64,000 nucleotides of DNA, from positions 21,050 to 85,049 of IMG/VR virus record IMGVR_UViG_3300049432_000151. One strand, given 5' to 3'. Origin of the DNA: a virus. This document shows positions 56,537 to 64,000 of the stretch, piece by piece (the stretch's first letter is position 1; the number at the start of each line of letters is the position of its first letter). The notes beneath the pieces were generated by a model. It was not told where the DNA came from. It did not search any database and was given only the letters and a program-made list of their open reading frames with translations. The translations under genes were made by a program, and so were the position numbers.

Positions 56537-57595
56537 TCATTCCCTCAATGAGAGCAGACCATCGCCGTAAAGGACGCGAATCGTGCTCTCTTTGAGCTCG
56601 CTCTCGCCCTGCCACGTCAGCCGATACGTCAGGGTGTGTTGCCGCTCATCGAGCTCGATCAGCTCAAACCGGCCGCCCCGCACCGGGAATGGCGGCCTAT
56701 AGCGCGCGATGACGCGTCGCGCATCCTCAACCGGATAGTCGATGTCGTCGGCAGTCAGCAGCCGCGCGAGCGACTCCGCGTCACCTCCTCCGACAAGGCG
56801 CGAGAAGCTCGCGGCGAAGAGTCTGGAGCGCAGCGAGTAGTCGATGAGCGGGCTGTGGAAGCTGCGCACCCGGTCCTGGTAGATCGTGAGCGAGATCGGT
56901 CCGCCTTTGTCGCCGCGCAGCGTCGCATCGAAGCGCTGATGACTGCTCGACTCTTCCGATGTCGTGAAGGTCGCGGAAATGTGCTCGCCGAGGAGTGAGC
57001 GGTAGTCTTCGACGGCAGCTCGCAGGGCTTCGGGTCCACCCGGGACATACGCGCCCATCGATACATCGAGACGATTGTCGCCGTTGAGCATCGCAACGAA
57101 TGACTGCAGCAGTGCCTCACCGTCGGCGCGCGTCATCGGATCGATCCGATCGAGAATCAGGTCCGCACGAAATCGCTCCGGCTGGAGGGCCGGCGAAGTC
57201 GTTCGGAATTGCACGCCTTCGATGTTGCGCGTCGTCGTCGCGCCGCCGAGCATCGCTTCCACCAAGACGCACGTGATGAGATCGGGCCCACGCCCTGCCT
57301 CGACGGTCACGGAGTAATCGCCCCGATCGTCCGCGAAGATCTGCAATTTCTCTCCAGCGGGTGCACACCCGGGCAGGGCCACGGTTACCGATACCAACGC
57401 GTGAGCCGCGGGCGTGGAGCCACCCGGCTCGCGCACGTGGCCATGAATCGTCGCAGCCAGGACGAGCCGATCGGGCTGGGGCGGGACTGGAGGTGGGGTC
57501 GAAGGAACGGGCGCCGATAGCGGCGCCGACGCGCATCCAACCATCAGGACGACGGAGCAGATGACTGCGAACGTGCGGCACGTCACATTTCGCAA
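56537..57595 (-). CDS. Lipoprotein with carboxypeptidase-regulatory-like domain
   Basis: LMVGC lipobox; IHGHVREPGG...ADDRGDYSV. Confidence 0.65.
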   Translation of the reverse strand: MRNVTCRTFAVICSVVLMVGCASAPLSAPVPSTPPPVPPQPDRLVLAATIHGHVREPGGSTPAAHALVSVTVALPGCAPAGEKLQIFADDRGDYSVTVEAGRGPDLITCVLVEAMLGGATTTRNIEGVQFRTTSPALQPERFRADLILDRIDPMTRADGEALLQSFVAMLNGDNRLDVSMGAYVPGGPEALRAAVEDYRSLLGEHISATFTTSEESSSHQRFDATLRGDKGGPISLTIYQDRVRSFHSPLIDYSLRSRLFAASFSRLVGGGDAESLARLLTADDIDYPVEDARRVIARYRPPFPVRGGRFELIELDERQHTLTYRLTWQGESELKESTIRVLYGDGLLSLRE

Positions 57596-57722
57596 CCCTG
57601 CAAACGCCGCGCTGAGCCTGACGATGGTAAGTTTATTTTCCTGACTTCGTGATGTGTATCACCGGACTCGACTTATCCGGCACCTCGATTGCTCGGCTAC
57701 CCGTCCGGCCCCTGGCGCATCG

Positions 57723-58682
57723 ATGAAAACCGAGGAACAGCACAATCGAAGGAAGAGCGAAGATGCTCCGGCGATCCGGATTCTTGCGGTTGACGACGAT
57801 CCTGCGTATCTGCGTTACCTCCGTCTTGTGCTCACTCGCGCCGGTTTCGAGATCGACGTTGCGTACGACGGCGCCGCGGCGATCGAGCGGATTCGCGAGG
57901 GGGCGCCGGTTGACCTTTTGCTCATCGACCTGACGATGCCCGGCCTCGATGGCATCGAGACTGTTCGCCACATTCAGCAGGAGTCACACCTTCCTGGTCT
58001 TTACACCATCCTCCTCACCGCGAGCGATGGCGTCGACCTGAAACTGCGCGCGCTCGACGAGGGCCTCGACGACTTCATTACCAAGAGCTCGCCCGAGTCG
58101 GAGATCCTGGCGAAGATCCGAAGTGCGGCGCGGCGGCTGCAGCTCGAGCGTCAACTGCACATCGAGAATGAGCAGCTCCATGCACTGGCACTGACCGACG
58201 AGCTCACCGGAATCGGAAATCGCCGCGCGATTTTTCAGGCTGGCGAAGCGATCCTCAACGCCGAGCGACAGCTCAGCGTCGGCCTTTTCGACCTCGACCG
58301 GTTCAAGCAGGTGAATGACACTTACGGTCACCTCGCTGGTGACAGGATCCTCTCGGACGTAGCGGCGATGTTCAAGAGCCACACGCGCTACGGCGACTTG
58401 ATCGGGCGGTACGGCGGCGACGAATTCGTTCTGCTTCTACCAGATACGGGGCCCGACGAGGCCCGCCAGATTGCTGAGCGCATCGCTGCCAAAATCCGTC
58501 AGCTCGTTTGGACGATTAACGGCGCTCAGGTCAGCGTGAGCGTGCAGTTCGGTGTGGCCACATGCCCCGGCACTGCGCGGACGCTTCCCGATTTGCTGGC
58601 CTGCTGCGATCAGGCCCTGTACCGCGGGAAAAAGCGCGCCCGAACGGCAGCGCGCGCACAGGGACGCGTTTCCAAGGGCTAG
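57723..58682 (+). CDS. Response regulator receiver-diguanylate cyclase
   Basis: ILAVDDD, LIDLTMPGLDG, TDELTGIGNRR, FKQVNDTYGH, GRYGGDEF. Confidence 0.95.
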   Translation: MKTEEQHNRRKSEDAPAIRILAVDDDPAYLRYLRLVLTRAGFEIDVAYDGAAAIERIREGAPVDLLLIDLTMPGLDGIETVRHIQQESHLPGLYTILLTASDGVDLKLRALDEGLDDFITKSSPESEILAKIRSAARRLQLERQLHIENEQLHALALTDELTGIGNRRAIFQAGEAILNAERQLSVGLFDLDRFKQVNDTYGHLAGDRILSDVAAMFKSHTRYGDLIGRYGGDEFVLLLPDTGPDEARQIAERIAAKIRQLVWTINGAQVSVSVQFGVATCPGTARTLPDLLACCDQALYRGKKRARTAARAQGRVSKG

Positions 58683-58880
58683 GTAGCGGCTAGCTGGTAG
58701 CGGGTAGCTGAGCGTTCGCCGCGTTTGCCGTTTGCCGTTCGCCGTTCGCCGTTCGCCGTTCGCCGTTGACCGTAGTTGTTCATCGTTCATCGTTCATCGT
58801 TCATCGTTCCGCTTCCCGCTTCCCGCTCCCCGCTTCCCGCTTCCCGCTTCCCGCTTCCCGCTACCCGCTACCCGCTACCC
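58682..58880. repeat. Blocks of heptamer tandem repeats (GGTAGCG, CGTTCGC, CGTTCAT, CGCTTCC, CGCTACC)
   Basis: Directly visible; the outer blocks are reverse complements of each other. Confidence 0.9.
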
Positions 58881-58902
58881 GTTTCATGCGAAACTCCTTC
58901 AC

Positions 58903-59325
58903 GTGAAGGGGCCTTGCCGCTGGTGCAAGGGAGCAGTCGCCGGACGACGGCGTACGTTCTGCTCCGATGGGTGCGTTCACGAGTGGCGTCTCCGCTCGAG
59001 CACGAGCTACCTCAGGAAGTGCGTCCTCAAGCGCGACCGCGGCATCTGCCGTCTGTGCGGCATCGACACCGTAAAGCAACGGCGGTCGATCATGCGGCTG
59101 CCCTTCGCGCAGCGAATGAGTGAGCTGCAGAACCTGATCGATGCCGGCATCATCTCGCGCCGTCGCAAGAGTTGGTGGGAGGCTGACCACATCCTCCCCG
59201 TTGTCGAAGGCGGCGACTCCAACCTCGAGAACATCCGCACGCTCTGCATCCCCTGCCATCGTGGCGAAACATGGGAGCTGCGCCGCCGGCGCCGTCTCGG
59301 CCAACGGCAAACGGCCAACGGCTAA
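58903..59325 (+). CDS. HNH endonuclease
   Basis: CRWC..FCSDGC; RDRGICRLC...ADHILPVVEGG..NLENIRTLCIPCH. Confidence 0.9.
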   Translation: MKGPCRWCKGAVAGRRRTFCSDGCVHEWRLRSSTSYLRKCVLKRDRGICRLCGIDTVKQRRSIMRLPFAQRMSELQNLIDAGIISRRRKSWWEADHILPVVEGGDSNLENIRTLCIPCHRGETWELRRRRRLGQRQTANG

Positions 59326-59327
59326 CC

Positions 59328-61415
59328 TCACCAGACCCGGATTCTCGCCTCCCGTGCGAGATACAACTTGTCCCCCGGCTTCACCCCGAACGCTCCGTAC
59401 CAGGCGTCCGTATTGCGCACCGTCGCGGCGCGGAACTCTCCGGGCGAATGGCTGTTCGTGATGAGCGACGATCGCATCGCTTCCGGGCGCGCCTTGCTGC
59501 GCCAGATCTGCGCGAACGACACGAAAAAGCGCTGGTCGCCGCTGAGGCCCTGTGAAGCCGGCGCTTCGTTCCCCGCATAGGAGGCGCGATACCCGTCGTA
59601 CGCCGCGGCGATCCCTGCGACGTCAGCGATGTTCTCACTCAGCGTGAGCTTGCCGTTGAGACGCATCCCGGGCAGTGGCTGGTACGTGTCGTATTGCGCG
59701 GCGAGGCGTTCTCCGGCGGCGTTGAAGTGCGCGAAGTCTTCCTTCGTCCACCAGTTCGACAGCCGTCCTTCAGCGTCGAACAACGCGCCCTGGTCATCGA
59801 AGCTGTGGCTGATCTCATGACCGATCACGGTGCCGATGCCGCCGTAGTTCTGCACACGGTCCGTCTTCGCATCGAAGAATGGCGGATTGAGAATGGCCGC
59901 GGGGAAGTTCATCGCATTCTGCAGCGGCAGATTGACCGCGTTGACCGTCTGCGGCGTCATCCACCATTCGGTCTTGTCGACCGGCTGTCCCAGTTTGGCC
60001 AGGACTCCGCGATATTTGAACAGAGCGGCCCGCTCTGCGTTGCCTAACGCGTCGTCGCGTGAGATCTCCAGCGGCGTGTAGTCGGTCCACTTCTCCGGAT
60101 AGCCGATGCCGACATACATCGTCGCAAGCTTGGCCTTCGCCTTTTCTTTCGTCGCCGGCGCCATCCACTCCAGGCGATCGACGCGCGCACCGAACGCGGC
60201 CACGATGTTCTTCACCATCTCCTGCGCCGCTGCCTTCGCTTCGGGTGGAAAGTAGCGGGCGACATACATCCTGCCAACGGCGTTACCCATCGCCTCGTTC
60301 GTCGCGGTGACGCCGCGCTTCCAGCGCTCGCGTTGCTGCGGAGCTCCAGTCAGCGCCGTCCCGTGAAACTTGAAGTGCTCGACATCGAACGGCTTCGACA
60401 GAAGGGGCGCCGCGCGGTCGATCGCGTGGAACGTCAGGTACTCCTTCCACACGCTGAGCGGCTCGCTGGCAACGGCAGCGGAGATACCGGTGAATGCCGG
60501 CGGTTGCCAGACGTAGAGATGCGGCTGCGCTTCGAGACCGGCGGCAGAAAAATAGGCGGTCCAATCGAGGCCCGGCGCGTTCTTCGCGAAATCCGCGAGA
60601 GGCCACCGCTGCGCACGCTGCACCTGAACAGACTCGGTGCGCGTCGAATGCGCGCGGGCGATTTTCTCCTCGAGCGCGTAGACCCGCGCAGCACGCGCGG
60701 TCGCGTCCGAAACGTTTGCCAGCGTGAGAGCCGCGGCGATGTGCTCACGGTATTTCTGCTGAAGCGCCCGGCTCTTTTCATCCGTTCCGATGTAGTTCTC
60801 GCGATCGGGCATCGCGATACCGCCCTGCAGCAGATAGCCCACATTCTTTGTCGGATCGGCAAAGTCCGGAGATGCCCACAGCCCGAAGAGCCGTGACGTG
60901 TGGAACTGCGTGTTGTTCAACGCGTCGACGTCGGCACGCAGCTGGGATCCGAGGAAGCGGGCGAGCGCGGTCTTGTCGGAGATGGCGTCGATGCGCGCCA
61001 GCTCCGGCGAGAGCGGTGACAACCCTTTGCGATCGATCGTCGTTTCATCCATGTAGGCGGCGTAGAAGTCACCAACCCTCTTCTCTTCGGCATCCGTGGA
61101 TTTCGCGGCGTTCCCGATCAGGTCAACCGTGCGCTTGCTCGCCTCCTCGGTAAGGATGGCAAACGAGCCATAGTTGGAACGGTCGGGCGGGATCTCCGTC
61201 TTTGCCAGCCACGTTCCGTTGCCGTAGCGGAAAAAATCGTCGCCAGGCTTGACGCTCCGATCCATCCCGGCGAGGTCGAGGCCGTGCGACTCCGTGTCAG
61301 CCGTCACCGTCGCCGGCGCCTTCTTGTCGCTATGCTCTTCCACAGCACGACATCCAGTGAGAAGGATCACACATACGACTCCGGAGAACACGAGCGGCCG
61401 GCGAATCACGTTCAT
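59328..61415 (-). CDS. M13 family metalloendopeptidase (PepO/neprilysin-like), lipoprotein
   Basis: LTGC lipobox; PGDDFFRY, TVNAVN, VIGHEISH, ENIAD. Start taken at 61415. Confidence 0.95.
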   Translation of the reverse strand: MNVIRRPLVFSGVVCVILLTGCRAVEEHSDKKAPATVTADTESHGLDLAGMDRSVKPGDDFFRYGNGTWLAKTEIPPDRSNYGSFAILTEEASKRTVDLIGNAAKSTDAEEKRVGDFYAAYMDETTIDRKGLSPLSPELARIDAISDKTALARFLGSQLRADVDALNNTQFHTSRLFGLWASPDFADPTKNVGYLLQGGIAMPDRENYIGTDEKSRALQQKYREHIAAALTLANVSDATARAARVYALEEKIARAHSTRTESVQVQRAQRWPLADFAKNAPGLDWTAYFSAAGLEAQPHLYVWQPPAFTGISAAVASEPLSVWKEYLTFHAIDRAAPLLSKPFDVEHFKFHGTALTGAPQQRERWKRGVTATNEAMGNAVGRMYVARYFPPEAKAAAQEMVKNIVAAFGARVDRLEWMAPATKEKAKAKLATMYVGIGYPEKWTDYTPLEISRDDALGNAERAALFKYRGVLAKLGQPVDKTEWWMTPQTVNAVNLPLQNAMNFPAAILNPPFFDAKTDRVQNYGGIGTVIGHEISHSFDDQGALFDAEGRLSNWWTKEDFAHFNAAGERLAAQYDTYQPLPGMRLNGKLTLSENIADVAGIAAAYDGYRASYAGNEAPASQGLSGDQRFFVSFAQIWRSKARPEAMRSSLITNSHSPGEFRAATVRNTDAWYGAFGVKPGDKLYLAREARIRVW

Positions 61416-61533
61416 GGCGCGCATTTTCCGCGCAACCGGCGCGCGGCATGGCAACGAAACAGGGACAGTCGAACGAGGCATACCGGTTGCGATAGCCAGG
61501 TGTAACAAATCGTTCCAAAGCAGGACCACGAAA

Positions 61534-62139
61534 ATGAAAGTATCCCGTTTGCAAAGGTTTAGCGCCCTGGTGCTCGCCGTGACGCTCGCCGCGCCACTGT
61601 CGCTTGTCGCGGAAACCCGCACTCCACGCAGGACATCGCTCTCCGACCTCGCCCGCGATCTCGAGCAGGCACTGGGTCGCGGCAGCGTCTCTGTCACTGG
61701 CGCGCGGACACCGCAGCGCACGTCTCCGCGCGCGGACGCGTCGTCGCTGAGCGCGCAGACGCTCGTGGACGAGATGAATCGCGAACGCGCCGCAAAGGGC
61801 ATGAGCCCCCTCAGGTTGAACAGCCAGCTCTCTGCCGCTGCCGGCGATCGAGTCTCGGACATGTTCGACAATGAATATTTCGACCACGTCGCGCCCGACG
61901 GGACGAGCCCATTCACCTGGGTCGATAAGCGCGGCTACCGCTACAGCGTGATCGGCGAGAATCTCGCGGTTGGCTACCCGACCTCGGCCCGCGTGGTGGG
62001 CGGCTGGATGAGCTCTCCCGGCCATCGCGCGAACATCCTCAAGCGCGACTTCGACGAGATCGGCATCGCCGTGGCGTCGGGTGCTCCGATCCGCGGGTAT
62101 AGCGGTCCGCTGGTAGTTGCGATGTACGCGGCGAGGTAA
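61534..62139 (+). CDS. CAP (SCP) domain secreted protein
   Basis: MNRERA..PLRLN..YFDH..GENLA..WMSSPGHRANIL. Confidence 0.9.
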   Translation: MKVSRLQRFSALVLAVTLAAPLSLVAETRTPRRTSLSDLARDLEQALGRGSVSVTGARTPQRTSPRADASSLSAQTLVDEMNRERAAKGMSPLRLNSQLSAAAGDRVSDMFDNEYFDHVAPDGTSPFTWVDKRGYRYSVIGENLAVGYPTSARVVGGWMSSPGHRANILKRDFDEIGIAVASGAPIRGYSGPLVVAMYAAR

Positions 62140-62144
62140 GGCGA

Positions 62145-62213
62145 AATCACCACAGAGGCACAGAGCACACAGAGAGTACTTCTCTCTGTGCCCTCTGTGC
62201 CTCTGTGGTGATT
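62145..62213. repeat. Long intergenic inverted repeat (REP-like hairpin)
   Basis: AATCACCACAGAGGCACAGAG ... CTCTGTGCCTCTGTGGTGATT. Confidence 0.85.
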
Positions 62214-62263
62214 GCTTTTCAAACCCTCAGCGGCGAGGCCGATGCCCGGCGTATCCTGCGCGC

Positions 62264-63988
62264 ATGCGACGCGCAATACTCCTCCCTCTTCTGATGATGA
62301 CCAGCGTTCCCGCCGGCTACTGGCCGGCGGAGAAGGCCGCGCCGATTCTGGCGAAGATCGAGACGATTCGTCTTGCACCCGATCTCACTCCGCTCAGTGC
62401 TGGCGAACAGGCCGCACTGAAGGACCTCTACGCGGTGGGCGACATCTTCCAGGACCTCTATGAAGAGTCGCGCCATCACCAGGCCCTCAGCGCCCGGGCG
62501 GCACTCCGGAAAAGCGGGCGGGAGGACCTGCTGACCCTCTATCGGCTTTCACAGGGTCCAATCGTCACGACGCTCGAGAACAAGCGCGAGGCGTTCCTTC
62601 CCGTCGTTCCGGAAGTCGCCGCTCGCAACGTTTATCCGATCGACGCCACGCGCGAGGAGATGAAAGCGTTCCTCACCGCACATCCGGATCAGCGCGACGA
62701 CATCCTCGGCGAACGGACCGTCGTTCGCCGTGCCACGAAAGAGAATATCCAGCGTGATCTGAAAGCTCTCGCCACGCATCCGGCGATCGAGGTATTGCAT
62801 CCGACCCTGAAGCCGCGCCTCACCTCGCTGGCACCCTCGGCAAAGACGCTCTACGCAGTGCCTTACTCCGTGGCCTACGCCGATCAGTTGAGCAAAGCAC
62901 ATCGCCTCCTCCGCAGCGCGGCGGACCACGTCGAGTCCAGCGACGAGGAGTTCGCGCGCTACCTGCGCAACCGCGCACGCGATCTTCTGTCGAACGATTA
63001 TGAGAGCGGCGACGCGTCATGGGTGACCGGCCGCTTCAAGCGCCTCAATGCGCAGATCGGTGCATATGAGACTTACGACGACGCCCTTTTCGGTGTGAAG
63101 GCATTTCACAGCGTCGGACTGCTCATTTCGAATGAGAAGGCGACGACCGAGCTTCGCAGCGCGCTGGGCGGTCTCCAGGCGATCGAAGATGCGCTGCCCT
63201 ACTCGCCTCACAAACGCATTCGCGAAGACATCCCCGTCGGCGTCTATCACGTGATTTCCGACTACGGCCAGGCGCGCGGAACGAATACCGCGACGATTCT
63301 TCCTAACGATCCGCTGTTCTCGCGCCGCTACGGACGGACGATTCTGCTTCGCGAGAACATCATGACCAACCCCGACATCTTCGCCGCGTCGCAGCGCGTA
63401 TGGCGCGCCGCGACGGCCGACGTGCACGCGAACGACCTCGCGCCGCAGGGCGACTTCCAGCGCACCCTCTGGCACGAGATCGGTCACTACCTCGGGCCCG
63501 ACCGCGACAAAGCCGGCAGAACGATCGATGCAGCGCTCGAGGATTACGCGGACGGAATGGAGGAGATGAAGTCCGATCTCGTCTCCTTGTTCTCGTTCCA
63601 CAAGCGAAGCGTCCCCGCCGAAACGTTGAGCGCTGTGCGTGCCGCCGGGATTCGTCGCACGCTCCAGAACGTGCAGCCACGCCGCGATCAGCCGTATCAG
63701 ACGATGCAGCTCATCCAGTTCAACTGGTTCATGGAGAACGGGCTGATCACGCCCGATCCGCAGACGGCCCGGCTGACGATCAACTACGACCGCTACAACG
63801 AGGTGGTCAGCTCGCTGCTGCGAGAAGTGCTCGCGCTTCAGTACAACGGCGACAAGGCCGCAGCGGCGAAGTTCTTCGACCGCTGGACAAAGTGGACGCC
63901 GGAAGTACACGGCAAGCTGGCGGAACGGATCCGCGCCGCGCAGGGCGCGCGGTGGCGGAATGTAAGGTACGGCGCGCTAGGAGAGTAG
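62264..63988 (+). CDS. M49 (dipeptidyl-peptidase III-like) metallopeptidase
   Basis: IGAYETYDD.LFGVKA, ILPND, WHEIGHYLG, EEMKSD. Confidence 0.8.
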   Translation: MRRAILLPLLMMTSVPAGYWPAEKAAPILAKIETIRLAPDLTPLSAGEQAALKDLYAVGDIFQDLYEESRHHQALSARAALRKSGREDLLTLYRLSQGPIVTTLENKREAFLPVVPEVAARNVYPIDATREEMKAFLTAHPDQRDDILGERTVVRRATKENIQRDLKALATHPAIEVLHPTLKPRLTSLAPSAKTLYAVPYSVAYADQLSKAHRLLRSAADHVESSDEEFARYLRNRARDLLSNDYESGDASWVTGRFKRLNAQIGAYETYDDALFGVKAFHSVGLLISNEKATTELRSALGGLQAIEDALPYSPHKRIREDIPVGVYHVISDYGQARGTNTATILPNDPLFSRRYGRTILLRENIMTNPDIFAASQRVWRAATADVHANDLAPQGDFQRTLWHEIGHYLGPDRDKAGRTIDAALEDYADGMEEMKSDLVSLFSFHKRSVPAETLSAVRAAGIRRTLQNVQPRRDQPYQTMQLIQFNWFMENGLITPDPQTARLTINYDRYNEVVSSLLREVLALQYNGDKAAAAKFFDRWTKWTPEVHGKLAERIRAAQGARWRNVRYGALGE

Positions 63989-64000
63989 TGGGGGGGGGGC

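Noticed and set aside
59328-61916. 862-aa version of the M13 peptidase
   Set aside because: The N-terminal extension is antisense to the CAP gene; a lipoprotein signal begins at 61415.
63989-64000. G-run at the window end as the start of an RNA gene
   Set aside because: Too little sequence to interpret.

Overview
GC-rich bacterial chromosome window; an Acidobacteriota/Thermoanaerobaculia-like host is my inference from gene content and intergenic heptamer repeats. It is dominated by a siphovirus-type prophage. A + strand morphogenesis and lysis operon (~10.8-43.8 kb) looks intact: TerS, TerL, a portal-MuF fusion, an HK97 prohead protease fused to a 2H-phosphoesterase (Acb1-like) domain, HK97 capsid, connector and tail genes, a -1 frameshift chaperone, tape measure, lambda-like M/L/K/I-J tail tip, and holin-like and M15-like endolysin genes. 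A variable region (1-10.7 kb) precedes it, with an xis-like HTH, a RosmerTA-like toxin/XRE-ImmA pair, morons and interleaved repeats. A cargo/defence region (43.8-56 kb) follows, with peptidoglycan hydrolases, a fulvocin-C-related protein, an SGNH hydrolase and a GHKL-nuclease/Dcm/Vsr operon. Host-like genes close the window (diguanylate cyclase, HNH, M13 peptidase, CAP, M49-like peptidase). No integrase, replication gene, att site, tRNA or CRISPR array is visible. The most unusual feature is an ~8 kb block between the capsid and head-tail connector genes where fibre-like proteins with typical phage fibre repeats carry Sec/lipoprotein signal peptides and even numbers of cysteines. Also notable are the protease-2H fusion, two stand-alone apparently inactive terminase-nuclease-like proteins, and a duplicated hairpin preceded by a -10 box. 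All family calls come from motif recognition by eye, not database searches.
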